Assembly: GCF_009834535.1 (NCBI RefSeq)
Contig: NC_045696.1
Span: 27,778,001-27,842,000 of the forward strand
DNA from: Camelus ferus
Taxonomy: Eukaryota
Length of the DNA: 64,000 nt
Direction: 5' to 3'
How positions within the stretch are numbered: position 1 is the stretch's first letter; each line of letters starts with the position of its first letter. Shown one piece after another: positions 50,601-63,805 of the stretch. The position numbers and the translations under genes were made by a program. The notes beneath the pieces were generated by a model, which was given only the letters and a program-made list of their open reading frames with translations, made no database searches and was not told the origin of the DNA.

Positions 50601-51719
50601 CCTTTTACGATGAGAATTCTCTTAGGAGCTTGTGAAAACAGATCATCAGGAGAGCCTATAAGCACACCAGCTGGTGTGATTGATTGGCAACACACGAACA
50701 AAAAGCCTCTGGGTTTAAAGGTACATTCCCCTCCTCCACTACTAGCTCATTCTATATTGCTTATTTGATGTTTTTTCTTTCTTTCTTTCTTTCTTTTTTT
50801 AACTGGTCCCTGACCCTGGTGAGATTGTGAAGGATCGAGCACATTATAAATGATAATATGCCTCCCCTCAGGAAGCAGGGTTTAAGAGTCAGAAATTTTC
50901 AGTAGTCCATGTTGTCTATTTCTCTCTTTTATGGTCCCTTGGAAAAGACTGAATCATTCTTTTTAGCAAATAGTAATGAAATATTACTTTAGCATGCGAG
51001 TAGAATTTCTTTATTTTGGGAGGTTCTGAAACATCCCGAGTGCTAGCTTACCCTTACATTTCCTCTAAAATAGTTCTAAAATCGCCAGTTGAAAAGTTGT
51101 TTTTTATTTCTTTTAATGAGTTAGAACTATGTAAATGGAGTTTTAAATAATTTAAAATGAATGGATAGTCCACGTGCAAGTTCTTCATTAAAGCAGACAT
51201 TTTAAAAAATTTTAACAAGCAGAAAGATAAATTTGGATTTTAATTATACTGCAGAAGGAATTTCACTAACAGAGTAAACTATAAAGGATTTTATTTGAAA
51301 TTTTTCGTTTTCAACTCCTTTGAAGAAGGGAGTTACAGACTGAAGCCTGTTACTGCCAAAATATCTGAGTATTACAAAGACTTCAAAACAGATTCAATAT
51401 AATGACAATCTAATGGTTACATAAGTTATGACTAGTTCCTTTGAGTTCATTGTATTGAGAATACATCTACATGTAAAGCAAACGGATATAATAAATACAC
51501 ACAAAGAAGCTGTGTACTTTCTTTTGGCACCATTGAACCTTCCATTCCATTTTGGCACAATTCCTTCCATTGTGCATCATGACAATGTAGTATGCCATCT
51601 GAAGTAAAGGAGCTGTATTTTTTTCATCACCAAATATATATCACCAGATATACTGAAGTTTAGATCCCACTAGCAGAGATCAGTCTTCATACTTTCAATG
51701 AATTTTTTTAGATATAATG

Positions 51720-51925
51720 AAATTTATAGAAAAGAGCATGAGCTTTCGAATTACAGAGACCCCATTTGAATTTTGACTACAACTTTGACTAGAGTGTGAT
51801 GTTGAGTAAATTATTTAAGTTTCTGGGTTCTGAATTCCTCATCAGGAAACGGGGTTAATATGTGGCTTAGTGGGAATTATGAAGATATGCAAAGCGCTTG
51901 GCTGAGCTCCTGACACATGGTGAAG
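51720..51925 (+). mobile_element. MIR SINE
   Basis: gaaaagagcatgagctttcgaattacagagacc...gtgtgatgttgagtaaattattta...ttcctcatc...tgcaaagcgcttggc...cctgacacatggt. Confidence 0.8.
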
Positions 51926-54270
51926 GTGCCATCATTTTCATTTCTTATGGAAATAAGTCATGCATGCTATAATATATGCTCTTCTGAAGAACAAATCAAT
52001 TTTCAAAATTAATACTGTTACCATTGCTTACTTGATCCAATTTGAAAAAAGTAATTAAAAATATTAAGTGTTTGCCAATAAATATAGTCATTTTGGAAGA
52101 AATCTTATACTTGAGGTAAAATAATTTTTTAATTGGCAGGAATTAAAATAACAAAAAAGATAGTTTTTTTTTTTTTACATATTTAAGTGAATTCCTGCCA
52201 ATTCAATGGACTCCATCCAAAAGTTTAAAAAGAATTTAGAATTGTAATTAGTGAGGTGCATTTGAGCAAGAGCCAAAAATGAAAGATAATTTTAAATATG
52301 AACTACTAGAGAGAACATTAAAACAAACACTGGAAGACAACACTGGAACTAAAAGGTCTATTAAAATCTCAAAAAATGTTTAAACCTCTACAATATTAAT
52401 TATACAAGGAAATAAATAGAATCAAAAAAACTTATAAAAATTAAATGAAGCTTTCATCTTAACATGAAGATAAATGTCTTACAAAGACTGTATGTTATTG
52501 TGAAATGTGATTGAGTGTGTGGATTTTCAATTTATAAACTGTCTGTGGTACAGACACACTTTCTATTAGAAGGCTAACACTTACACTTTTCTTTTGGTAA
52601 TCCTTTATGCTAAGGAACATCTTTTATTTGGAATAATTTAAAATTCTAGGCCAAAAGGTAAATGCCTGCCTTCAGTTTTTCACCCCCTGCAGGACGCTTA
52701 TACTGTGAATTGATATTTGCCCTTGACATGCTTCGTTAGCTCACTTGAAACAATCACACGCATTCCAATGGGTGGAGATATCTAACAAATTTTCCAAAAC
52801 AAACAAACAAACAAAAAAGGAATACTCTAATGGACAGAAATATATAATAAATGTTCCAAAACAATAATAAAAACGATAAGACTTTTTCCCTTTGCTCTTC
52901 AAAAGCTGAGAGCTGTTCTTTAACCATACTAAATAAAGGCATAGCTAAAGAAAATGAAAAAATGGGCAATATTGAAGCATGGCGCTGACTCTGGAAACAA
53001 ACTTTTGGGAAAAATTTTCTAACTTCATAAAACAAATGTAGTAGAATTCTAGTATACAAGTAATCTATTTTAGAATGGGTACATAACATATTATCTCTTT
53101 TGACTGTGTAGGTTCAATGCACTCACTCACCATCTACAATATTGTCTTTGTGTATGCTGCATTCCACGATACTCCAATCAAGAGATAAGTAAAATGGCTA
53201 ATGAGGACAGATCCACCACACAGGGTTTATTTTTGGCCAGAGTGAAATGAAGGGGCCAGACGAAATTCCAGGAACTGAATGTTAGTACAGGAACTATATA
53301 CGCCGTGCACATGTCTGAGTAATCTAATTGGCCTCTGCTCCCCTTTGCACACACAACTCTGCTTCCTTCTCAGCATTTCCACATTTACACTGTCTGACAC
53401 CTGATACGGTTCATTAAGTCAAAATAAAGTGATGCAAATTGAGAAAGGTACTCTCTCCAATTTATTCTCTGCTTTTGAGCACAACCCTGAGAGAGGTCAA
53501 GATACTGTAAAATACTGGACTATAGTATTTATTTCTGTTTGGTTCTTGCTGTTTCTTAGAACTTTGTATATAATAAGTGTAGTCTAGAAACTATTTTACT
53601 AAAGTGAAGTATCCCCCCAACTCTCTCATTTGGGGCTCTATTATTTTAAAGTTTCTGTGTAGCATTAGCCCTTTTGACCAAATTGTAATCAATTTCCAAA
53701 AAAAAAAAAAGTCAGTTGGGCTGTCCTTCCTCTTTAAATTCATTTTGTCTGAATTGATGGAGCAAACCACATATTATATATTAAGATATTTAAAAGAAAT
53801 CATTGTTTTAAAACTACTAATACTGGAACAAGAAAAACTAAAGAGGTTTCCTGTGTTCTCTGAAGTTTAATTTTTTATCTAAAACACTATGCAATCTTGT
53901 ATAATGGAAGTTAAAATAATTTATCACAGGAAGAGCAGAGAATATATCACTCATATCACCTATCACCACCTAAATTGGCATCATATGAAATAATAACAAG
54001 GCAACTTGGGAAATGAGTAGGGATAATCAAATATGGTGTTGAATTTGATTTGCAATTCTCCTTTTACATTAACTCTAGTGCAACTTTGAATCCAATCATG
54101 AGTATCGTTTCCTTCACCCATAATTATGGAGAATGTAATCCCTTTTTGCCAAGAGTGAGAAAAACTACCTAAAAAAGTACATAGTTCAACTTAATTCTGA
54201 AAGTTGAGATCAGGGCAGATAAGGAAGAATAAAGCTTCTGTCATATGCTTTGATGAGAACTACACAATGC

Positions 54271-54399
54271 TTTCTTGGGGAGGGAGGAATGAAGTTTATT
54301 TATTTAATTATCTATTTATTTTTAACAGAGGTGATGGGGATTGAACCCAGGACCTCAGGCATGCTAAACAGGCACTTCACCACTGAGCCACACCCTCCC
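54271..54399 (-). mobile_element. Camelid Vic-1 SINE (older copy)
   Basis: Reverse complement reads gggagggtgtggctcagtggtgaagtgcctgtttagcatgcctgaggtcctgggttcaatccccatcacctc followed by an AT-rich linker. Degenerate TSD gaactacacaatgctt (54257-54272) / gaaccccacaatactt (54410-54425). Confidence 0.93.
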
Positions 54400-54709
54400 A
54401 CTTCCCTAGGAACCCCACAATACTTCTATAAGGATGGTGGACAAATGTTTCTTGATACTCCTCAGTTTTCATCTTTTTAAGTCTCATTTACCTTCAACAA
54501 TAGAATAAAACTTTACGAGTAAAAGCTCTTTGGATAATGTAAAGTATTAAACAGATAGATGCATGCAATTAATAGTTAACTAAAGCAAAAAAGAGCTGGA
54601 ATCATTAACCCAAGTTGACTTTTTTCTGTCATGATTTTATTCTATCCTGAAAGTGGATTAATATCAAATAAGTAACTAACTGCTTAGTGACTGGATTAAT
54701 TACAGACTA

Positions 54710-54918
54710 CAGTTGACCCATGAGCAACATGAGTTTGAACTGTGAAGGTCTACATATACGTGGAATTTTTTCAATAAGTACTAGAGCCCTTCCTGCAGGA
54801 TCCACGGTGGCTGAGTCTGCAGGTGTGGAAAGCCTACTGTGGGATCTGAGCCTTTTAGGATTTTGGAATTTACAGTGGGTTCTGCAACCAATCCTTCAAG
54901 GATACCAAGGGATGATTG
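54710..54918 (-). mobile_element. MER8-like Tigger (Tc1/mariner) MITE
   Basis: Ends cagttgacccatgagcaacatgagtttgaactg... and ...aaccaatccttcaaggataccaagggatgattg, flanked by TA on both sides (54708-54709, 54919-54920). Confidence 0.85.
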
Positions 54919-55009
54919 TATATTTAATTTAGAATGGGTGATAAAAATATATGTGCATCACAGAAAAAATGGCAGGACTCCATACAGCAGAAGTACTTTT
55001 CATTTTAAA

Positions 55010-55725
55010 AAACACAGTAGGTTTATGGTGGTATAATTGATGTACTATAAACTGTACACACTTAAAGTATATAATTTAATTAGTTTTGACATATGTATAC
55101 ATCCATAAAATCCTCACCATCATCAAGATAATGAACATATCCCTCACCCCATACAGTTCTTTGTGCTCCTTTATATTCCTTTTCTCCCATCTGTGGCCCC
55201 CTCCCCACCCCAAGCAACCACCAATCTACTTGTCACTACACATTAGTTTGCATTTTCTAGAATTTATATAAATTTAATTATATAATTGTTATTTTCCTTG
55301 TTTTATTTACTCAGCACCATAATTTTGTGAGGTTCATCTACAATTTAGTGTGTACTATGAGGTCATTCCTTTTAATTGCTGAATAATATTTCATTGTATG
55401 AATATACCACACTTAATTCATTCTTATGTTGATATATATTTGAGTTGTTTCCAGATTTGGATTATTATAATTAAAGTTTTTATGAACATTCATGCTCATG
55501 CTTTATGTGAACTGGACATATGCTTCAATTTATTTTGGGTAAATACTTAGGACTGGAATGACTGAATCATATAATAGTGAATATTTCACTTTTTCTAAAA
55601 TTGCCAAACTTTCTTGTTTTCCAAAATGTAACAATCCAAAGTGCATCAGAGTTCCACTTCTTCTATATCTCATCCAATACCTGGTATGTTCAGAGTTTTT
55701 AGTTTTAACCGTTTTATTATGTGTC
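55010..55725 (-). mobile_element. L1MB-like 3' end
   Basis: ggtataattgatgtactataaactgtacacacttaaagtatataattta...cacattagtttgcattttctagaatttatataa...cattcctttt...ttgggtaaatacttagga. Confidence 0.9.
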
Positions 55726-55974
55726 TACCTATCTTAATTATTGTTCAACATTTTGAAGTCTTGGGGGCAAAATACACTCACCAACAAATAAGTCCTAACT
55801 CATACTTTGAGGCAGGCTGAAATTTAATTCTCCCCTTATGTTTAGGAATTGGAAAAGAGAGAGTCCTACTTTTGAAAAAAAAAAGACATTGTAGAAAATA
55901 TTTCAGAAGTGTGACTCAATGATTAAAAGTAGTTTGTATTATTGTTTTAGTACTTTATTTACTATTGCCTTATA

Positions 55975-56110
55975 GTACTTTATTTCTTTTGATTTATACA
56001 ATTCCATGAGACGAATGTTTTTATTATTGGAAGGTAATAAAGCTCTGGGCTGAGAAGGTTTAAATTTGCCCAAAGTTTCAGTAGCAGTGAGGCAACAGTA
56101 TAAACCAAAT
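55975..56110 (-). mobile_element. MIR fragment
   Basis: acaattccatgag...gctgagaaggtttaaatttgcccaaagtttcagtagcagtgaggc. Confidence 0.55.
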
Positions 56111-58499
56111 TGTACTATTAATGTTGACAAGAGAATAACAACATTCTCATGTCAACAGAAAGGAGGAAAAAGGAAAATACACACTATTAGCTTATAAGAA
56201 ATAGTAATAATTTCCTTATATGTGAAAATTTTAAATGTATTTCTGTGAGTTGAGAAGATGGAAAAACCCTATGATAGCAGCTGAGAGAGTGTTAAAATCA
56301 GAATCAATTTTGCAGAGCATTTAATTTCCAAAAGACTACTGAAACAGACATGCAGATGCTTAAAATTAGTAACAGGATATAAATCTGAGATAGTTTTTCT
56401 CAGCGGAATAAGCAAGATGATACTTATTACAGAAACCTTTTTAACAGCAAAATACATAAAAATAACACAGGATGTATTTGTAAGGCCTTTTTTGAATTTA
56501 TCTTACTAAGCTAGCCTTTTTAAATTTATAATTTTTAAATGAGTGTTTCATGCCAGCTGTAAAAATTCTACTATCCAGTCTTGATAGAAGAGGGTGTCAG
56601 AAGGAAAAAAATAGGTGGTAAATAAAATAAAGCTGATCTTAAAATCCAGAAGCTCAGATTTAATCTGGCAAGCATCACTTTTTGAACTCTCTCTCAAGAT
56701 ATCAAGGTACAGTATTCTTTCATTCCCAGGGCAATCACAGAATTCAACAACGTATTTTATCTATGTGATAAAGTAGCTTGAAATTCTTGAAACAGGTTCC
56801 CAAAAGAGATGGAAAAATTAGTTAAACAGTAAAGCAACTTTCATTTACTAGAACTGATTAAAGGGTAAAATGGAAACTTTATTGTAAACATCATTTCCAA
56901 TGACTTATAACACCCCATAAAAATGTAAAAGGAATATTTCCACACTGGCCCGCACTGGTGGGGCAGATAGCAAAATATTTATTATGAAAAATTATTCGAG
57001 GTAAATTTGTTAAACGGTTCATTCACTGGTTGTATTCTCAGATGTAGAAATACATAGAAAATAAAAACTGGAAGAACTTTTCAAAGCAAAAGAAAGAGAA
57101 TCTTTATTCCTTTAGTTCTCAGTTCTTCAGGGAAAGGGGAGAGAGCAGGGTCAGGGAGGCTCAGAATCTGAAGAAGGGTTTGCAAAAGTCATTCCCCTGC
57201 CTCCCTGAGACATTTCCTGCTGGAGAGATGGGGAGCATCGATCAGCCAGTGTTATCTGAGCCAATCTGTTTACCTCAGACTGTAAATCACCTTCGTGGAT
57301 CTTAGCCCTGGACCCCTCTGAGATGTCCAGTTCAACCAACAGACATTATCCATTTACAGGCTTTTTTTTTTTTTAACTTAAAGTGAAATAAAAACCCTAT
57401 GCATTTCAGAAAAAAATGTGTTTACACAACCAAATGATTTCACATCTGGTGAAATTCAAGCTGCCATTCTCTGAAAAACAACTCCAAAGTGCACTGCTGA
57501 GAAAAATGGTGCGATGCCTTTAAAAATATCCCTTGTCTATGAGCTGAAATAAATTGTACGTTTCAGGATTTTAATGGCTGGCTTAATTACTTAACATTTC
57601 TTTTAATACATTTCTGTGATAAATCCAAACTTGCTCAAATTATTTTTATTAGTTAAAATTACAGAATTACTGTAAAATAATGTATTAAATGTTATGGTTC
57701 ATATTAGAATTTGTAATAATTATTTCAGTGTTGCATTCACAAAGATGGGAATCTCTTGGTGGTACATCAAGTAGATAGCTGGAAAGCCAGTAGGAATAAA
57801 ATTGATTTGTTTGTTGGTTTGGGTTAATTTAGGAAAAATCCATTTAGTGAATTGATCTACTTTGGAAATAGTGTCTATGTTGATATGAATAACATCACAG
57901 TCACAAAAAACAGAAAAGAAACAATGCTGAGAAATATGTGCTCTTCTATACCAGAAATTTGAAAGCAATAAGCCTGATTTAAATTAACTTGCTTTTATCC
58001 TCCTTATAACAATGAGTGTCCTGTTCATAGGTAAAATATTTCTCAAGTCTGTGGTTAATTTCACACCTATAAATTCCCACAAGCTGACTGCTACGTGGAA
58101 GAAACTATCTCTATATCAGTTTACAAGAGCAACAAATGTTTTGTCTCCTTAAACATACTACATTATTTTATTGCAACAACTTTTCACAAGTTTTTTTTTT
58201 CCCACTGAAATATATATGAACCCATTAGTCAGTAAAGTAGAAATTGCCGATTTTTTGTTTGCAATGTAAAGAGTACAGGTGTAGGAAAAAAAAAATTCAA
58301 AGGGTAAATAAAAGCCAACAAATCAAATCACTCCACACTTTCAAGAATTTAAGTTAGAGACTACAACTGGGACAAAAATGAAATCATTCAGGCATGGGAA
58401 ACTTGCACATTCTTTTGTGTTGAAGTCTATAATTTTCAGTTTGTAAATCTCGTTTAATTTTCACGATGAACCACCGAAGGAAAGTACTGACTTTGTATC

Positions 58500-58785
58500 C
58501 CGTTTACTCATTCAGACTCACTTGTGTACCCACTGTGAGCCAGTGCTGTGCCTGTCACAGTGGAAATGGCAGTGAGCAAAGGTCCTTTGCTCATAGAGAA
58601 AAATGGACGTTAGAATAATAAACCATTAACATACATGTCATTTGGTGAAAAGTTCCACAGAAAGGAAGAAAACGGAGTCAAGCAAGGGATGGGAGGGTTA
58701 TTTTATGTGCTCTGGTTTGAGAGGTCCTCGCTGATAAAGTGAGACTTGGAAGGGAGCCTGAATGCAGCTAGAAGCAAGTACTGTA
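58500..58785 (-). mobile_element. L2 3' fragment
   Basis: ctcattca...cactgtgagccagtgctgtgc...gcagtgagcaaa...gaggtcctcgctgataaagtgagacttg. Confidence 0.7.
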
Positions 58786-60659
58786 TTTGGCCCTGAATCG
58801 GTTACTTGGCAGTTTGGATTGATCTTCTGTAAAATTCAATTATAAACTGATAAGATGGCAAATCAACAAAAGTGACATTTCATAGATAGTTGATGTGATC
58901 TTGAATTTTTCACTAGGTTTGCTATATAACAATCAAATCTATTCCAAAACCTAAGATAAAATAATTGGAAAATATTCAAGGTTAGCTGTTAGTACTGTGT
59001 TTAGAAACGCATTTTAAAATGAAGACATATCTCTAGGAGATGTTTCCTGATGAATATGCAGATAAAACATGGCCGCAGGGACAGTGCCCCCAGTCTAAGC
59101 TAATGCTACGCCAAAACAACCCCCCAAAGCCAAAAACAACCACAATGTTATTAAACAGTAACCAGAGTGATCTTAAGAATCACTTGCAGGTTTGTGGAAT
59201 GGAAAATGCTGATTCTCTTAGAGTATTTAATGCTTATCTGTAGGTGTGGAAGGAAGGTGAGGGGGCACTGCAGCGCTAAATGACAGTAACACACTTAAAA
59301 ATCTGAGCCACACACACAAAAAACTATCATTTTCAAAAAATTAAACAATTTGAATAAAGAAAAGGCTTAATAGTAAAATTTGTGGCAATCCGTAACAGTC
59401 AAAGATAATTTTAAAATATTTTATGAGATTGTGAAATACGAATTTTTTTACACATTTATTAAAAAGTAATTTAGATGAGCATACCTCTTCCAAATCCTAG
59501 AAATTAGGAGCATTCAATGAAGCATACTGTGTGCAGCAAATTGTCCAAACATTTTTCTTGGGCTGTTTATAATAATAGCCACAACTTAATAGTAGATGTA
59601 AAATAAAGACAAACTAAAACTAAAATTTAGAAACAACTCTGAATTATATCTAAACATATGTGAATTTAACTTATTCTCCTTTGAACCATATTTAACTGTT
59701 GTTCTATTTGCTTGCTTTTTTTTTTTTAACATAACTGTCTAATTGAGCATTCACAATCTAATACGGTGCACACCAGGACCCAAACAGACCTCCTGTTAAG
59801 CCCTGAAGGGTAAAGGTTTTGTATCACTTCCAGATTTTCAATTAGATCCTAATTATAACATGCTTCATTTAAAGCTACAGGAATCCCCACCCTGTCAACA
59901 CTACTGGACCATAGCATGTCTGTCTTAATTAGGTCTGATTAGTTCTGGGCCCAGCTCACATTGTGCACCCCAGGTCCGTTCAAAGCTGCTCATCTGTTTG
60001 GCAGCTGCTGGTGTGGAAGAACCTTATTCATCATGCTGCAAGAGAGTGTTCCCTCACCTTCCTCTCCTGGGGATGCTGGGCCTTTTGATATCCCATTGCA
60101 CCATAGGATCAGACAAATAAGGCCCCTCACTTATCACTGGCCGTGTGGCGAAGCTGCGAATGGAAACAGCTGCCCAGGGGCTCCTACTGCAGGCACCATG
60201 AGCTTGTCCTGCTCTCCCAATCAATACAATTCTATGCGACTGTTTTCAGATTTCAGTTTCTCAGAGACTGATTTATTCATTAGACTATATGAAATAATAC
60301 TTGTCATGCATTTTCCGAAATCTATTTTCAAATATAACCAGTGTTATCAATTTCATTGATATAAAAATAAAGAAGCGTTGAAAACTTGTGAACAAAGTGT
60401 GTGGTGACATCCATTTGGGTGTTCTTGCTGGTATTTGAAAATGTGTTGATTTTTTTTTCTTTATTTGATACACCGAGCCTGTTTCGTGACTAATGGTTCA
60501 AGCCATCAGGACATCCTCATTTACTCTGCTTTGTATCTGGGCAGCCTTTTGATAATGGTTGTATTAATACTGGGCATTGATATCTTTATCTATAGTTAAT
60601 GGGACTTCTCATTTAGTTGTGGGTAATAGCTGAGGGTTATTTGATTTACTGGTCCTCAG

Positions 60660-60905
60660 TAGTAATAGCAGTAGCAGAAGTTGTGAGCTCAGTCTATGTT
60701 AGATTTAGTTTAGGTGTTTTTATATATATTAATTTAATCCAAATAGCAACTCTATAAGGGATATATCACTATTTAACACTGTGGAGTACACCACATAATT
60801 CCAATTTTAAAGTGAGCAGATACATAGAACTTGGGATTAAATACATTGCCTAAACATCCAGTTATAAAATTGCAGAGACAGGATTTGAATTTTGTTCTGC
60901 CATAA
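60660..60905 (-). mobile_element. MIR SINE
   Basis: agtaatagc...atttaatcc...caactctataagg...ttgcctaa...gcagagacaggatttgaa. Confidence 0.6.
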
Positions 60906-61069
60906 TGGGCCTTATATAAGATTTATTTAGCCTGGAACTTAGAATTTTAGGGATAGAAAAATGAGATTTTCTTCCCTGCTATTAGGATTAACTTGTTAAA
61001 TAGAAAGTGTAACTACACCTTTGGTCTCATTTTATACCCACCACCTCCTTGCTTATCAGGTTAACCTAA

Positions 61070-61420
61070 GTAAGAGCTGTTGCCTAGCTGTTCCCTCTCC
61101 ATGGAGAACTGTAACCCTGAATATCCACAGGGTCCTCTTCTCTATCCCATCTCATCACTGATCTCAGCTTACATCTCACTTCTTCAGAAAGGCTTTCTCT
61201 GACCTCTGTGCCCAAAATAGTATCTGCCCAACCATCAATTCCAAGCATTATTCTCTACATTTTAATTTTCACCGGAGTTAATACTATCACCAATTAACCT
61301 ATTTACTCCTTCTCTGGAGACTGATAAGGCCCATGAAAAAAAAAATTATTGATCTTATTCATGGTTGTTTCCCTCAAACTTGTGAAAGTATTTGGCACAG
61401 GTGGGTCAATAAATACTTAG
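61070..61420 (+). mobile_element. L2 3' end
   Basis: gctgttccctctccatgga...tctcagcttacatctcacttcttcagaaaggctttctctgacc...tttggcacaggtgggtcaataaatactt. Confidence 0.8.
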
Positions 61421-62039
61421 ATATGTACAGTCAGATAAACCATTCAAAGATAACAGTATTATCCAAGGGGAAATCTGAAGAATTAGAGTCAAGTAGACAT
61501 TTATCTAACCTCAAAGAATACAGGCAGAGTCCAAGACAGTCAGTAAGGTTGGCTTAATTCATTAAGCTCAGGTATCCTCACAGTGAGGGGCAGTAGAGAC
61601 CAGATCTCTAACTCTTCTGCCTTGTTCTTGACATCTAGTTTCCAACTTGCAACCCAAATGGGTATATGGTTCCCAGTCTCCTTTCTCTGAGCCTGAGAAC
61701 TAGTCTTGAAAATCTGCTTGGTGTATCAAGCTTTTTAGGGCAAGTACATAACTTCTTTCCATTCCCCAACTTCCCAGTTCCACCCCTACTCATCCATCAG
61801 CACCACCCCCATCCCCTTAACAGGTATTGAATTACCACTGCCGAGCATAAATACCAAGTTAAGGCCAAGACATTTTATGTTATTCATTTTAAGAATTATT
61901 GCTCATAAGACTGCTTGAATTTTGCTTATTTCTTGCTCTTCTTCTGATACTTTAATATTGCTACACTCCAGGACTCTATAGTTAACTCGCTATATTCTAT
62001 ATATACTATCTTACTAGAAACTTCCTCCTAATGCAGACT

Positions 62040-62650
62040 TAAAAACTATCCAGGAATGTCTCCAAATTTCTATATCTATCCCAGACCCATTTGCTTAGCT
62101 TCAGATCCATTTATGCAAACAGCCACTCATTTTCACATAGAGAAATCAAGTTTCAAATCTTATATTATCTCCCTGGTTCTTTACCAACACTCAGACTACC
62201 CCTAAGCCTGATTTAGAATATATTATCACCATGTCTTGTAAACTCTACTTCCAAAATATTTCTCAAATCCAACCACTTCTTTCTATTTTCATTCACACAA
62301 CCAAGGTTTGAATAATCATAGTTGCCCGCTTGTACTAATGCACTATCCTTCTCAATATTCTGCTCTCAGATCAACTGTGACCTTCAGTATGAGGTTTTTC
62401 CTGACCTCTATATTTAAATACAGACCCCCACATCATGAACCATTTTCAATTTCATTTCCCTGCTTTATTTATTTCAATGAAACAATCCCACCAAGGATTG
62501 TATATTTTATTTATTAGGACACTTGTTTATTGTCTATATTCCCAATGGAATATGAGTTCATTGAGGTCAATTCCAGTGCCTAGAGCAGCTACCAACAGAT
62601 AATAATTGTTCAAATATTACTTGTTGAATAAATAAATATATGAATGAGAG
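62040..62650 (+). mobile_element. L2 fragment including the 3' end
   Basis: tccaaatttctatatctatcccagacc...ctacttccaaaatatttctcaaatccaaccacttct...ccagtgcctagagcag...ttgttgaataaataaat. Confidence 0.8.
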
Positions 62651-63579
62651 CTGTTATACCTAAAACTGTAACTCTTCTTCAAAGCTAAGATACTACACTA
62701 AGACCAAGCTCCTTGATGTAAATAGGCCTGGCCTAATGAAATTCTGACCAAACCATCAATCTTTTAGGCATCTTCAGGTCTCTTGAAACTTGGAGTAGGA
62801 GTAATTTCGATACATGTTGAGACATTGACAGCTCAACCTGTCCCCAGCTTCACCACACAGCACTTGTAAAATTGTATCCATCCATTCATTAACTCATTAA
62901 TTTAACATGCTTTTCTGCGTTAATTGGTATTTAAAAAAAAAAGCATCACATAGAATACCTACTCTGAAGTATTATAATCTTTTGAATGTGACAGTTTTTA
63001 TTTAATTTCAGCAGATTAGGTATTAAAATATACCTATATGTACACACACACACATACACATAATAGAAATTTTAAGAAATCATTTAGTAAGACCAAAGTT
63101 GTCACTTACATCCTCCCAAATTACACAAATTTTTCAAAATTATGATAGATCATAAAAAGTTTTGGTGTATTACAAATGTAGTAGTTGAAAAAAAATCATA
63201 CAATTAAAGAATTAATAACATTCCAAAGAGATTTAAAAATATTGGCAGAAAATAGACAGTACTATTTATGCCTTTTCACTAGACTGTTTGAGAAGGGTGC
63301 AGATTTAAAAGCACCGTCCTATTTCACAAACTTTTATCCCTACTTTTGATGTGCAACCTTTTGTGTGATTAAGAAGAATGGATTGTCTGCAGAAAACGGA
63401 TTTACTGTATAAAGCCAAGAAAATTGTATTCTTTCTTTCAGTGATTTCGGGAGCTTTCTTCTAAAACTTTATAAATCCCTTCCTATGTAGTTCAAATAGA
63501 AAAGACTGCCAGATTCTAGTATTTCTTTAGTGTCTGAGTGCCCCATAAACAGAGTGGTTATATATGGCTAATCTTTCAG

Positions 63580-63805
63580 AGATTATGAGTTATGTGACGA
63601 GAGATAGAGAGAATCCTATGGTCATTATGCAGATGAAACAATCCTCTCTTTTAGCCCCACTTAGCTAAATTCTGACAACACAATTCATACATAGGTGGGA
63701 AATAGGCCCCTGAGAGAACTCATTACACATGTTGCTAAGTTACTAACCAGTTAAAGAAAAACTAGATGAATAAGGAAGATTAAAATGCTTCTATGGTATA
63801 GCTTC
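63580..63805 (-). mobile_element. MIR fragment(s)
   Basis: cattatgcagatgaaa; ataggtgggaaataggcccctgagag...gctaagttac. Very degraded. Confidence 0.4.

Noticed and set aside
54710..54918. Apparently chimeric transposon with Tigger2-like and MER2-like ends
   Set aside because: As I recall it, this asymmetry is the normal structure of the known MER8 element.
59961..60359. 132-aa ORF
   Set aside because: Non-ATG start, no homology and no splice context. Explained by locally higher GC.
385..62517. The many 60-130 aa ORFs in the supplied track
   Set aside because: Short, often with non-ATG starts, compositionally biased and frequently inside repeats or microsatellites. None resembles a protein I recognise except the integrase remnant at 32456-32989.
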